The notes beneath the pieces are model-generated. The model was not told where the DNA came from and did no database searches. It worked only from the letters and a program-made list of their open reading frames with translations. Shown here piece after piece: positions 17,206-27,777 of a DNA stretch of 64,000 nt (the first letter of the stretch is position 1; each line of letters opens with the position of its first letter). The position numbers and the translations under genes are program-made. This DNA comes from Bacillota bacterium (lineage in GTDB: Bacteria; Bacillota; Dethiobacteria; DTU022; UBA8154): the NCBI GenBank assembly GCA_012798755.1, contig JAAZMP010000037.1, positions 581 through 64,580 on the forward strand, in the 5' to 3' direction.

Positions 17206-18975
17206 ATGCGTAGAATTATCTTGTTTGGTTTTTCCTCGGCAGTTTCCAAATTATGTTCGAAAAAAGTGCTCCTTTTGTTACTGTTATCTGTTTTGCCTAT
17301 TTATTTAGTGGGATGTGCTGCTTATTCCTTAGAAAAAGGAACCGACATTGTTCCTATAAGCCAACATGATGAAAAGTTGCTACTATCTGACGGAAAAGAA
17401 GGAACGGATAACTCCTTGGAAAAAGAACTTGCGGAAAAATTGGCCCAAGAGGAAAAGGAACGCCAGGCCCGCGAGGAAAGAAAAAAACAAGAAGAGCTGC
17501 GCAAAAAAGAACTTGGCGCCTTTTATGTTCCTTTACCTCCTTTGGAACAGGATCGGGTTTCACCTGTTAAAGCCAGAGGTATTTATTTGACGGGCAACAC
17601 TGTGGGGCATTCCCGCTACCGGGACTTATTGGATGTAGTGGAATCGACGGAATTAAATGCAGTGGTTATTGATGTTAAAAACGATCATGGTTTAGTCACC
17701 TACAATACCAATATCGAAATCGTAAAGCAAGTAGGCGCCAGCCGCGATATCCCCATAAAAGATCTTAAAACGGTTTTGGACGAACTGCATAGTAAAAATA
17801 TCTATTCCATTGCCCGGGTGGTCGTCTTCAAAGACCCCTATCTTGCCGAGCAAAAACCGGAATGGTCCATCCAGAAAAAAGGAGGCGGGCTTTGGAGGGA
17901 TCGTAACAAGGTTGCCTGGGTCAATCCCTATGATCGAAATGTTTGGGACTATAACATTGCTGTTGCCAGGGAAGTGGCTTGCTTGGGTTTTCAAGAGATC
18001 CAGTTTGATTATATCAGGTTTCCTGAAAATGCCCATATCGTAGATAAAGAGGCTTATTTCCCCGGGAAAGATGTCTCTAAAGAAATGATTGTTGGCGAAT
18101 TTTTGGCTTATGCCAGGGAACAATTAAAGGAATACAACACCTATCTTTCCGCTGACGTTTTTGGTGTTATTGCTACCTCCTGGGGCGATACTGATCGCAT
18201 CGGTCAAACTTGGGAAGAAATGTCACCACATGCCGATTACATCTGCCCTATGGTTTATCCCAGCCACTATGGGCGCGGTTATTTTGGGTTTTCCGTTCCG
18301 GATGCTCACCCGGGTAAAACAGTGGAGTATGCCCTAAGCGATGCTTTGAAACGCAATGCCACCCTTTCCTGCCCGGCTATTATTCGTCCCTGGTTGCAGA
18401 GCTTTACGGCCTCTTGGATAGGCGGAGGCATAAACTATGGTCCGTCTGAAATACGCCAGCAGATTGAAACAGCGCAAAGGCTGGGTGTTGACGAATTTCT
18501 ACTTTGGAATGCCAACAACCGCTACCAGCGGGAGTCGTTGTTGCCGGCAGAAGATCCGGATCCGGCACTGGAACAATATTTTAAGGCTGTTTCTGCAGGC
18601 CTGGATTCTTTAGGAAGAACCCCTGAACAGGCTGTAGAAATTTTTTTAGAGGCTGTACGCACTCGGGATTGGCAGGAGGCGTTTGCCCTGCAGATTACTG
18701 ATTTTACTATGGATCATCATGATTATCCGGAATGGAAAAAAAGCTGGACAGCACGACCTGTTCATTATGATATAAAACCTTTGAACCCTCCTGCAGGAGG
18801 AAATGTGGGCCCATTTTATGTCAGTTTAAGTGTACATTTAACAATAGGTGGCGATGAACATAAACTGCCCAACGAAAACTGGGAAGTCAGAAAAGAGAAC
18901 TTGCTTTGGAGGGTCAAGCCTTCTGCAGAATTTGTAGAACTAATGACCCTTAGCCCAGATCCTGAAAACAGTTAA
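17206..18975 (+). CDS. Lipoprotein with a coiled-coil KE-rich linker and a putative glycoside-hydrolase-like TIM-barrel domain (GHL/DUF4015, YngK-like)
   Basis: Lipobox LVGC; E/K-rich segment; ARGIYLTGNTVG...NAVVIDVKNDHG...WVNPYD...QFDYIRFPEN resembles the GHL10/DUF4015 family. Confidence 0.6.
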   Translation: MRRIILFGFSSAVSKLCSKKVLLLLLLSVLPIYLVGCAAYSLEKGTDIVPISQHDEKLLLSDGKEGTDNSLEKELAEKLAQEEKERQAREERKKQEELRKKELGAFYVPLPPLEQDRVSPVKARGIYLTGNTVGHSRYRDLLDVVESTELNAVVIDVKNDHGLVTYNTNIEIVKQVGASRDIPIKDLKTVLDELHSKNIYSIARVVVFKDPYLAEQKPEWSIQKKGGGLWRDRNKVAWVNPYDRNVWDYNIAVAREVACLGFQEIQFDYIRFPENAHIVDKEAYFPGKDVSKEMIVGEFLAYAREQLKEYNTYLSADVFGVIATSWGDTDRIGQTWEEMSPHADYICPMVYPSHYGRGYFGFSVPDAHPGKTVEYALSDALKRNATLSCPAIIRPWLQSFTASWIGGGINYGPSEIRQQIETAQRLGVDEFLLWNANNRYQRESLLPAEDPDPALEQYFKAVSAGLDSLGRTPEQAVEIFLEAVRTRDWQEAFALQITDFTMDHHDYPEWKKSWTARPVHYDIKPLNPPAGGNVGPFYVSLSVHLTIGGDEHKLPNENWEVRKENLLWRVKPSAEFVELMTLSPDPENS

Positions 18976-19282
18976 TTTACATGCAGAATTACAAATAAGG
19001 TTTTATATTTTTTTCCAGTGCCTGCTGTAATCATTATCTTTATGCTTATTAAAGAATACCAATATAGTCAGAATTCTTGGTATGTTAGCACCACCTTTTT
19101 ACCTTATTTTACTGGTTTGGTGTCATTTTAGGGCGGATTGGTATGGTCGTTGAACATAAATTATAAAATTCAGCCTTAATATCATGGTTTAATTAAAACA
19201 AAAAAACCTGCATCTAATCCCATTATAATTTCGATCGTGCAAAGCCGCATCACACAAAAATTACTACATGGGGTGAAAAAAA

Positions 19283-20059
19283 GTGAAACTGCAAGGAAAA
19301 GTAGCACTCATTACCGGTGGAGCTACTGGTATAGGTGCTGCCACCGTGAGGCGGTTTGTTAAAAATGGGGCAAAGGTTTGCATTGTCGGCCGGCGCGAAG
19401 AATATCTTGATAAAATAATTGAAACCTTACCTTCGGGGACAGCGGTAAAATGCCCGGGGGATGTTTCCAGTCCCGAAGATATTAAACGGATGGTAGAAAC
19501 AGTGATAAAGTTCGGCGGGAGGCTCGATATTCTTGTCAATAATGCGGCTTATTCTGTTTTGGGGGGGGTTACGGATATAGATCTTGATGATTGGCATAGA
19601 TCTATTGATGTGAATGTGACCGGTCCGTTTTTGCTTATGAGAGCCGCAATACCACATATGATCAAAGGCGGCGGAGGATCTATTGTAAACATTTCTTCCT
19701 TGGCCGGTGTACGCAGCATACCAAGCGGATCAGCATATTGTACCACAAAGTCTGCTCTTGTTGCGCTTACACAGCAGGTTGCATTGGACTATGGGGCCCA
19801 CAAAATACGGTGCAACGCAGTCTGCCCCGGACTAAGCAAGACACCCATGGCTGATAACGCTTATGGCAATGTGGATGATCTTCCGGAAAGTGTTTTTGAT
19901 AACATTCCTTTGCACAGGGCCTCAGATCCGGATGAAATCGCAAGCATCTGTGAATATCTAGCCAGTGATGATTCATCTTATATGACAGGCTCCGTTCTTC
20001 TGATAGACGGTGGTACACATGTTGTTGATGCTTTTGCGGCGGGACTGGAAATTAAATAG
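19283..20059 (+). CDS. SDR-family oxidoreductase
   Basis: GTG start; TGGATGIGAA glycine motif; YCTTK catalytic dyad. Confidence 0.85.
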   Translation: MKLQGKVALITGGATGIGAATVRRFVKNGAKVCIVGRREEYLDKIIETLPSGTAVKCPGDVSSPEDIKRMVETVIKFGGRLDILVNNAAYSVLGGVTDIDLDDWHRSIDVNVTGPFLLMRAAIPHMIKGGGGSIVNISSLAGVRSIPSGSAYCTTKSALVALTQQVALDYGAHKIRCNAVCPGLSKTPMADNAYGNVDDLPESVFDNIPLHRASDPDEIASICEYLASDDSSYMTGSVLLIDGGTHVVDAFAAGLEIK

Positions 20060-20131
20060 TAAACAAAAAGGCTTTGCGGTTAAAACAAGGCTTGCTGTCT
20101 TGCTGATTTTGTGCGAATAGTTGGGCTGCTA

Positions 20132-20743
20132 CTATCCCTTAATGATTTCATTTCGGAAACCCTGTAATATTTCCCTATATTCTGCCAGTAATTGCTCTAT
20201 TGCATCATTCCATTGGGCAAGGTGTTTTATATTAAAACCTGCCAGGGCACTTCCTCCGATTCCTTCCTTGTTCAGTTTCTTAAGCATTGCTGTTCCGATA
20301 TTTTCTTGCAGCTCAGCTTTTCTTTCTTTGGTTTTAAGGGTGTATTGGCGGTGAAGTTTTTCTGCTTCTATACAGGCTTGCCTAGTTTTTTCATCATCCT
20401 TTAAAAAAGTTACGGCTTGCAAAACAAGCGGGGTATTAGCCAGATCCATTTTGCTTGTTATTTCTTTCAGGAAAGCGTATAAGGCGGGGTCACGGCTTTC
20501 TTCAGGATAACGCATAATGCTTTCTTTGATAGCTTCTTTTTTTGTTTCTCCTTGCAAAAAAGACTTTCCCAGTACTCTGGCGGCTTTAAGATACTTTTGT
20601 AATTCTGCCTCCCGGAGTTCTTTTTTATTACCTTTATCCAGCTTTTCCGACTTTTCCATAGCAATTTCCAGAGCAGATTTCATTTTTTCCACGGTATTGT
20701 CCCCTTTCAAATTCATGATATAATATGCCATAGCAAAGTTCAA
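20132..20743 (-). CDS. Hypothetical protein, K/E-rich and helical; the true start is probably internal (about 20690)
   Basis: Long ORF with no recognisable motifs. Its N-terminal 15-20 codons would overlap the promoter/RBS of the divergent MBL gene. Confidence 0.4.
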   Translation of the reverse strand: MNFAMAYYIMNLKGDNTVEKMKSALEIAMEKSEKLDKGNKKELREAELQKYLKAARVLGKSFLQGETKKEAIKESIMRYPEESRDPALYAFLKEITSKMDLANTPLVLQAVTFLKDDEKTRQACIEAEKLHRQYTLKTKERKAELQENIGTAMLKKLNKEGIGGSALAGFNIKHLAQWNDAIEQLLAEYREILQGFRNEIIKG

Positions 20744-20756
20744 AGGAGGAACACAG

Positions 20757-21443
20757 ATGCAACTTACGGAAAGAGTATTTTTTTACCCTTGGCGCGGCCG
20801 GGGCAATAATTGCAATTCCATTCTTTACGCCGGAGAAAAAGTAGCTTTGATCGATCCCGGTCATATTCGAACCGAGCTCGGGGAAAACTGTCAGGAGATG
20901 TTATTTCGGCAAATTGAACAAGACGGTTTTACCCTGGAAAATATTGATTTAATTCTTTGTACGCACGGTCACCCGGATCATTGTGAAGCGGCAGCGGCTA
21001 TTCAGGAAAAAAAGCCAATCAAAGTTGCCATGCACAAAGATGACGAGTCTCATACGGAACAGATGGCTCGCTTATTAGAACAAATGGTGGGCACCAGGCC
21101 AGCCATTCCCCGTGTAGATCTTTTTTTGCAAGAAGGAGAACTGGAATTAGGACCAGAGGGGGAAGACAAGATCCAGGTTCTACATACTCCGGGACATTCA
21201 CCCGGTTCTGTAAGTTTCTATTTCCCGAGGGACAAAGCGCTGGTTACCGGGGATGCCGTTTTTTACGGGAGTATAGGCAGAACCGATTTCCCCGGCGGCA
21301 GCCTGGAAACTTTAGGTGAAAGTGTGCGCAAGCTTTCTGCCATCAAGGATGTTGAATGGTTGCTACCGGGACATATGCAGCCTATTAAAGGACAGGATGC
21401 TATTGCAGAAAATTACAAGCTGATTACCCGTATGTTTTTTTAA
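20757..21443 (+). CDS. MBL-fold metallo-hydrolase
   Basis: HxHxDH motif (CTHGHPDHC); RBS AAAGGAGG. Confidence 0.8.
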   Translation: MQLTERVFFYPWRGRGNNCNSILYAGEKVALIDPGHIRTELGENCQEMLFRQIEQDGFTLENIDLILCTHGHPDHCEAAAAIQEKKPIKVAMHKDDESHTEQMARLLEQMVGTRPAIPRVDLFLQEGELELGPEGEDKIQVLHTPGHSPGSVSFYFPRDKALVTGDAVFYGSIGRTDFPGGSLETLGESVRKLSAIKDVEWLLPGHMQPIKGQDAIAENYKLITRMFF

Positions 21444-21560
21444 GTTGTTCCTTAAGTGAAAGTTCGACATAAGATGGAAAAATCCTGCACCGGAAAAGTG
21501 TACAAAAAGATTGTTTTACAGAAGCCGATATTTATTTTGAAAGAAATTTACTTTAAACAC

Positions 21561-21600
21561 AACCCCGGAGTTCAAATTTCCGGGGTTGATGTTGTTTTTG
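21561..21600. terminator. Hairpin plus T-rich tract between the convergent MBL and htpX genes (possibly bidirectional terminator)
   Basis: AACCCCGGA-9 nt-TCCGGGGTT followed by GATGTTGTTTTTGGTTTT. Confidence 0.5.
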
Positions 21601-21624
21601 GTTTTGTTACAAATATCTGTTTAT

Positions 21625-22524
21625 TTACATTTCCCGCAGCCTTTGGATCCTTTTTTCTATAGGCGGGTGAGTGGCAAAAAGAAGGGAGGCGGTTGTTCTG
21701 CTCATTGCCGGATTAACAATATACAGTCCCTGCAGGGCTTGTTTATCCAGAGGCCCCTCTTTGATCTGTTGCCCGGATATTTTTTCCAACGCACTGGCCA
21801 ATCCTTCGGGGTATCCGGTTAGTTCTGCTGCTCCGGCATCGGCCAAATATTCTCTTTCTCTGGAAATAGCAAATTGAAGGATCCTGGCAAAAAGTGGTGC
21901 CAGAAGGGCTAAAATTAAAACTATGATCATTATTAGGGCCTGCCCGCCCGAGTTCCTTTTCCCTCCGGATCTGCGTCCTCCGAACCACATGCTTCTCCTG
22001 ACGGCTTCACTTACAAAAACGATTGTTCCTGCCAGCACGATAGCCATGGTGGCAATGAGAATATCATAATTGCGGACGTGAGACAGCTCATGGGCGATAA
22101 CGCCTTCAAGTTCCAGGCGGTTAAGTTTGTTCAACAGCCCTCTGGTTACGGCAATAATTGCCTTTTCCGGGTTTCTACCGGCGGCGAAAGCATTGGGGAT
22201 ATCTGTTTCAATAATATAAACCGGGGGTGTAGGGATGCCCGCGGCAATGCTAAGACCCTCCACTGTATGGTAAAGATAGGGTTCTTCTTCCTTGCTGACG
22301 GGATGTGCACCGGCCATGGAGGTAACAACGTTTCCCCCGGCATAATAACTAATCAGCAATATAAGCAAAGCAATAACAGCGGCAGCTATGATACCAAAAT
22401 ACGGATCTCCCATATACAAACCCAGGACATATCCGACCCCCAGAAAAAGCAGGGCAAAAAAGAAAAAAAGGAAAAAAGTACGCCTGCGGTTGGCCTTAAT
22501 ATGCCCATAGACAGGCATAAGCAT
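21625..22524 (-). CDS. htpX: M48-family zinc metalloprotease, HtpX-like
   Basis: HELSHV zinc-binding motif, N-terminal TM helices, Gly-rich loop. Confidence 0.85.
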   Translation of the reverse strand: MLMPVYGHIKANRRRTFFLFFFFALLFLGVGYVLGLYMGDPYFGIIAAAVIALLILLISYYAGGNVVTSMAGAHPVSKEEEPYLYHTVEGLSIAAGIPTPPVYIIETDIPNAFAAGRNPEKAIIAVTRGLLNKLNRLELEGVIAHELSHVRNYDILIATMAIVLAGTIVFVSEAVRRSMWFGGRRSGGKRNSGGQALIMIIVLILALLAPLFARILQFAISREREYLADAGAAELTGYPEGLASALEKISGQQIKEGPLDKQALQGLYIVNPAMSRTTASLLFATHPPIEKRIQRLREM

Positions 22525-22607
22525 TTTATCACTCCCATTTTAAAAAACTGTACTACATGTTCAAGCCAATATCTAAACAGAAACATTTTTTTAATATTTC
22601 GGTTTCG

Positions 22608-23168
22608 TTAAAACTCGACTTTTACCACCCTTCTTGCTGCCTCCTCCTCCACTCTGAAATAGTCCCTGGAAATAAATTTAAAAAGACCGGCCAGAATACT
22701 GGTTGGGAAGCGTTGGATGGCGGTGTTAAAGGCCATCACCGTGCGGTTGTAATGCTGCCGGGCGTAAGCAATTTTACTTTCTATGCCGGCGAGTTCTTCT
22801 TGCAGTAGTTTAAAGTTTTCATTGGCCTTCAATTCCGGGTAGTTTTCGGCCACTGCAAACAAGGTTTTTAGAGCCCCTCCGAGCATGTTTTCTGCTTCTG
22901 CATTTTCCTGAACGCTCGAGGCGTTCATCCAGGCAGAGCGTGCTTTGGTTATATTTTCCAGCACTTCCCTTTCATGTCTAACGTAACCTTTTACTGTATT
23001 GACAAGGTTAGGGACGAGATCGTAGCGTTTTTGCAACAAGGTGTCGATATTATGCCAGGAATTATCGACAACGTTACGTTTTGCAACCAGGCTATTATAT
23101 CCAACTATAACATAGAGAACGAGGATAACGACAACGGCTAGGATAATATATAAGGGTTGCATTATCAT
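22608..23168 (-). CDS. lemA: LemA-family membrane protein
   Basis: N-terminal TM followed by YNSLVAKRNVVDNSWHNIDTLLQKRYDLVPNLV, the LemA signature. Upstream of htpX in the same operon. Confidence 0.85.
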   Translation of the reverse strand: MIMQPLYIILAVVVILVLYVIVGYNSLVAKRNVVDNSWHNIDTLLQKRYDLVPNLVNTVKGYVRHEREVLENITKARSAWMNASSVQENAEAENMLGGALKTLFAVAENYPELKANENFKLLQEELAGIESKIAYARQHYNRTVMAFNTAIQRFPTSILAGLFKFISRDYFRVEEEAARRVVKVEF

Positions 23169-23297
23169 AAGCCTCCTTAGACCAAATGGTGTATGTACTA
23201 TCTATATTATTCTCTTTGCTGGAATTATATCCTGCAGAAATTCCGGCAAACTATTATTTTTAAGAATTACTATAGATTCGAAAGCATTATGCAAGCA

Positions 23298-23326
23298 TTG
23301 ACATAACGGTTTTTTTGATTTATAAT
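23298..23326 (+). promoter_or_regulatory. Consensus sigma-A promoter (TTGACA-17-TATAAT) for the methyltransferase gene
   Basis: TTGACA 23298-23303, TATAAT 23321-23326. Confidence 0.55.
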
Positions 23327-23452
23327 GTCGTTGTTTTGCGCGAGATAAAATTATGTTTCCGGTATGCATAATAAAACATACCGTTTTGTCAATGTTAAAA
23401 ATGCAGGTGTGGTCCAATAACTTATAACATGGCGTGCAAAGGAGATGATCGG

Positions 23453-24028
23453 ATGGAGGTCCCGGCAAAAGTTTACCAATCCCTGGCTCAGCAAATTATT
23501 GATGATTATGGAATAGTTGAAGGCAGATGCCTGGATGTTGGCACAGGCCGGGGAATGATGGGTTTGGAACTGGGAAAAAGAAGTAGCTTGCAACTTTACC
23601 TGTTGGATGTCGATGGCACTGTGCTTTCGCAAGCAGAAAAAAACTGCAGGTTGCAAATGTTGGCTGATCGTACAGTAGTGATCAAAGCGGCTGTGGAGGA
23701 ACTGCCTTTTATTGATAACTACTTCGATCTGGTTGTCAGTCGCGGCTCTGTTTTTTTTTGGGACGACATTTCGCTTGGGTTGAAAGAGATATTCCGGGTA
23801 CTAAAATCAGCAGGGGTAGCTTTCGTGGGAGGGGGTACCAGCCGGTATATGACGGAAAACGAAAGGGAAGAATTTTTTCGTTGGGCCAGGCCCTTACATC
23901 GGAAATATCGTAAGGATTGGGATAAAATCAGTTCCGTAGATAATTTGCAAGATCAGTTGTTGCAGGCCGGCATTAAAGGCTATCAAATTCACACCGGTTT
24001 TGGTACCTGGATTGAGATCCAAAAGTAG
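23453..24028 (+). CDS. Class I SAM-dependent methyltransferase
   Basis: LDVGTGRGMMGLEL motif I; start at MEVPAKV after AAAGGAG. Confidence 0.75.
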   Translation: MEVPAKVYQSLAQQIIDDYGIVEGRCLDVGTGRGMMGLELGKRSSLQLYLLDVDGTVLSQAEKNCRLQMLADRTVVIKAAVEELPFIDNYFDLVVSRGSVFFWDDISLGLKEIFRVLKSAGVAFVGGGTSRYMTENEREEFFRWARPLHRKYRKDWDKISSVDNLQDQLLQAGIKGYQIHTGFGTWIEIQK

Positions 24029-24228
24029 AAGTTAATGTGAACATAAAAGTTCAATGACTGATCTTTATCATGTTTTTAGCAGTTTTAGGCAATGTTCATT
24101 TTTTTTAATGCTATACTTTTTATCACCATTTCTCCAACATTGCTTCATTGCATGCAATTTCTAAAAATGGTGTTAATACAATGGGTTCAAGACATCATAA
24201 ATTATTTTCAACGAAATGAGGCTGCAGG

Positions 24229-25113
24229 TTGTTATCTAAAATTGTTATACGGAGGGGATGGCAGGGAATTATCATTATCATATTTTTTCTGATTGTAGCC
24301 TTTGGAGCGGAATACCTTGCACCCTATGGAAGGTATGAACAGGTTGGCCCTTCTTTTCAACCGCCTTCACCATCAAACATTTTCGGTATTGATGACTGCG
24401 GATATGATATTTTAAGTCAAGTGATCTGGGCAAGCCGTAATAGTTTGATGGTAGGTATAGTAACAGGTGTGCTGGCCGTGTCGGGGGGCCTTATTTGGGG
24501 GGTAACTGCCGGTTATCATGGTGGTTTTATCGATCTTTTGTTGATGCGCCTTTGTGATATCATGCTTGGTTTGCCCCAGATGCCGTTTATGATTTTAATA
24601 GCAGTATACATCGGTGCGAGCCTAGGAAACATCATCATAATGCTTGCTGTATTCATGATGCCCCGCCTTGCCAGGGTGATCAGAGGCCAGGTTATCAGCT
24701 TGAAGGAAAATGCTTACATCAAGGCATCCCAAATGTTCGGTGCAAAAACAAAATATTTGATTCGGAGACACTATATCCCCGAACTTTTCCCGCTTATTTG
24801 CTCAGGGATAATTAACTTGGTAGGCAGGGCCATTTTAGCAGAATCAGGACTGGCTTTTCTTGGATTGGGGGATCCAACGGCAAAGAGTTGGGGTATGATC
24901 ATTCATTATGCTTTAAAATATCCCAAGACTTACCTTACAGCTGCTTGGACTTGGTGGGTTTTACCGCCCGTTATCTGTATTGTCTTGCTCAATTTGGCTT
25001 TTGTGATGCTTGGATATGGTTTGGAGGAATCTTTTGATCCACGTCTCCGTGGGAAAAACGGTGTAAAAAAGGATCCACAAAACAAAAAAACAAGGAGGAA
25101 AAGAAAAACAATC
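24229..25113 (+). CDS. ABC transporter permease (OppC/DppC/NikC-like). Its frame has no stop and runs directly into the downstream binding-protein gene
   Basis: The BPD-transporter core and C-terminal ...EESFDPRLRGK are typical of OppC. The frame stays open through an A-rich 22-codon spacer into ATG 25114. Confidence 0.7.
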
Positions 25114-26754
25114 ATGAAAGAGTTAAAAAAGATTATAATAGCATTTCTTTTATTGGCAGTCATTTTTAGCCTGGCAGCATGTGATGCAGAAAAAGTTGTA
25201 GAAGAAACAGCAGCTGAAGAAACAACAATTGATGAAACATTGGATGATGAAAAAGAAATAATCATTCGTTTGCCCGGAGGTGATTGGGGATTTCCTGATC
25301 CGTTTGTCCACCAACCCAGGGACTGGGGAGGAGTTTATACAAATTTCATATTTGATAGCCTTGTTGAAGATGATGAAACGGGAACAATTCCCTGGTTGGC
25401 TACGCGATGGGACATTCTTGACGATGGCAAAAAATATGTTTTTGAACTCAGACCAAATGTTACATGGCATGACGGGGCCGAATTTACAGCCGATGATGTT
25501 GTCTTCACCTTCAATTACTACCGGGAAAAAGAAAATTTTATTTACGATCTGTCAGATGTTGAAAGGGTAATAAAAACTGGCGATTACAGTGTGGAATTCG
25601 AAATAAAAGAGCCTTCTGTTGTCATCATGGATAAAGTGTTTAAAAGAACGCCTATAATTCCAGAGCACATCTGGAAAAATGTTGATGATCCTAAAAAATT
25701 ACATACCGACAGCCCTGATGAGGCGGTAATTGGAACCGGTCCTTACACCCTTGCGGATTATCAAAAGGAACATGGTACCTATCATTTTAAGGCATATGAT
25801 GATTTCTGGGGTGGAGTTCCACGGGTTAGTGAGATAATGACTATTCCTACACAGGAAAGCGTCTTGTCCTTGCTTAATGGGGAGGTTGCCATCACGATGG
25901 TATCGCCCCAGGAGATCGACATGTTTAAGGATAAGCCGGAGTTCGTAATTGAAGAGGTTAAACCGTATCATCATAAATGGCTTTGCTTTAACCTGAATGA
26001 TCCTATACTTGCGGACATCAAATTCAGACAAGCTATGGCCCATGCCATTGACCGGCAGGAACTGCTTGATCGTATGTTTTCGGGAGTAGGAAATATAGAA
26101 GGACAGGGAGGAATTCCCAAGGTTCATCCTTTATACAATCCCGGGATTAAAAACTATGATTACAGCCCGGAGAAATCAAATCAAATATTAGATGAGCTGG
26201 GGTATAAAGATGTTGATAACGATGGCATAAGGGAAGATAAAAATGGCAATCCCTTGAAATTTACCATTTTAGTGATGGAAGCTAATGCACGGGGTGCTGA
26301 ACTTGTTAAAGTGCAGTTACAAAAGGTGGGCATCGATGTCGAAATTAAAACCAATGACAGAAATACAATAGATGACATGACCAGGGCAGGTAAATTTCAA
26401 ATTGTCTATCAGATGGGAGGGTATGGCGGACTTTCCGGGGATCCTGATTTTTTAGCGCGGAATTTTACGCCGGGGGCCAGCGGTTTTAGTTTTTTCAGTG
26501 CTTATGGATATGACAACCCCCGGATAAATGAACTTGCCGCCAAGCAAAGAACAGAGTTTGACCCTAAGGCGCGGGAAAAAATGATTTTTGAAATACAGGA
26601 AATTGTTTCTGAAGAGATTCCATTGTATTATCTCTATGCCCAGGGCGGTTACTATGTTTATAATAAAGAAATTTATGACGGATGGTTTTACACTCTTGGT
26701 GGTACGCACCTTGATCGTTCCAAGCTGGAATACTGCCGTGGCGGGCTAAAATGA
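25114..26754 (+). CDS. ABC transporter substrate-binding lipoprotein, SBP family 5 (peptide/nickel/opine type)
   Basis: Own RBS CAAGGAGGA; lipoprotein signal LLLAVIFSLAACD; family-5 blocks (WHDGAEFTADDVVFTF...). Confidence 0.8.
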   Translation: MKELKKIIIAFLLLAVIFSLAACDAEKVVEETAAEETTIDETLDDEKEIIIRLPGGDWGFPDPFVHQPRDWGGVYTNFIFDSLVEDDETGTIPWLATRWDILDDGKKYVFELRPNVTWHDGAEFTADDVVFTFNYYREKENFIYDLSDVERVIKTGDYSVEFEIKEPSVVIMDKVFKRTPIIPEHIWKNVDDPKKLHTDSPDEAVIGTGPYTLADYQKEHGTYHFKAYDDFWGGVPRVSEIMTIPTQESVLSLLNGEVAITMVSPQEIDMFKDKPEFVIEEVKPYHHKWLCFNLNDPILADIKFRQAMAHAIDRQELLDRMFSGVGNIEGQGGIPKVHPLYNPGIKNYDYSPEKSNQILDELGYKDVDNDGIREDKNGNPLKFTILVMEANARGAELVKVQLQKVGIDVEIKTNDRNTIDDMTRAGKFQIVYQMGGYGGLSGDPDFLARNFTPGASGFSFFSAYGYDNPRINELAAKQRTEFDPKAREKMIFEIQEIVSEEIPLYYLYAQGGYYVYNKEIYDGWFYTLGGTHLDRSKLEYCRGGLK

Positions 26755-26787
26755 ATAAGCGTTTTTTCTAAAATATAAGGGCTTATT

Positions 26788-27777
26788 ATGTACTGGATAA
26801 AAAAACTTGGGGAATATGGGGTCGTTCTTTTAATTATTATCAGCATTAATTTTTTGATACCCAGGCTGATGCCGGGCGACCCTTTTTATTTTCTTGATAT
26901 GGATGATGAAATGTCCTACAGCGATGTCCTTTTAACCGAAGAAACCAGGGAAAGGCTGATGCATTATTATGGCTTGGATAAGCCCCTCGTTGTTCAGTAT
27001 TGGCATTACGTGAAAAATCTTTTTAGGGGCGAAATGGGTATAAGCATCCGGCACAACATGAAGGTTAGTAAATTAATTTTGCAAAGCCTTCCCTGGACCC
27101 TTCTTTTAATGGGCGTGGGATTTTTTTTGGCTACTGTGCTGGGGATATCATTAGGTGCCTTTTCAGCTTGGAAACGCGGGTCCAAAGCAGATCGGATTTT
27201 AATGTTTTCCATGGTGGCCTTAAGTAGAATCCCTATTTTTATCATGGCTGTTTTTATGTTAATTTTTCTTGCAGCTAAGCTGCGCTTCTTCCCACTGGGT
27301 GGGGCATTCACTCCTTATATGGAATATCCGGGTACTTTGCAAAAATTTTTGGATATAGCTAAACATCTGTTTTTGCCGGCTGTGACTTTGGCTGTAGGTG
27401 ATATTGCCTATCCTTATCTTTTGACACGAAATACGATGATAAGCGTAATAAAAAAGGACTATATTTGGGCGGCACGGGCGAGGGGCCTTAGGGAAAAACT
27501 AATACGTTTTCGTTATGCACTAAGGAACGCCTTGATTCCTGTTATGACAGCCCGCTTTATGCGTTTAGGGCAGCTGATTGGCGGCAGTGTGTTTGTTGAA
27601 AATACTTTTGCTTACCCCGGGCTGGGGAAACTGTTGTTTGATTCGGTACGCTTGCACGATTATCCCGTATTGAATGCCATCCTTCTTTTTATGTCGCTTA
27701 GCGTGATATCTGCAAATATACTTGCAGATCGGTTTATTTATTATCTGGATAAACGGGTGGAACACCATGCCAAATAA
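26788..27777 (+). CDS. ABC transporter permease (OppB/DppB/NikB-like)
   Basis: The N-terminus and six TM segments are typical of DppB-type permeases. Confidence 0.85.
   Translation: MYWIKKLGEYGVVLLIIISINFLIPRLMPGDPFYFLDMDDEMSYSDVLLTEETRERLMHYYGLDKPLVVQYWHYVKNLFRGEMGISIRHNMKVSKLILQSLPWTLLLMGVGFFLATVLGISLGAFSAWKRGSKADRILMFSMVALSRIPIFIMAVFMLIFLAAKLRFFPLGGAFTPYMEYPGTLQKFLDIAKHLFLPAVTLAVGDIAYPYLLTRNTMISVIKKDYIWAARARGLREKLIRFRYALRNALIPVMTARFMRLGQLIGGSVFVENTFAYPGLGKLLFDSVRLHDYPVLNAILLFMSLSVISANILADRFIYYLDKRVEHHAK

Noticed and set aside
21456-21662. 68-aa ORF in the MBL/htpX convergent gap
   Set aside because: No RBS; it overlaps a terminator hairpin; Phe-rich low-complexity translation.
24229-26754. 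Treating the 841-codon ORF as one genuine fusion protein
   Set aside because: The SBP part has its own strong RBS and a lipoprotein signal peptide, as expected for an independent product. A run-on frame through an A-rich spacer is more simply explained by chance or an indel, so I kept it as two CDSs and flagged the anomaly.
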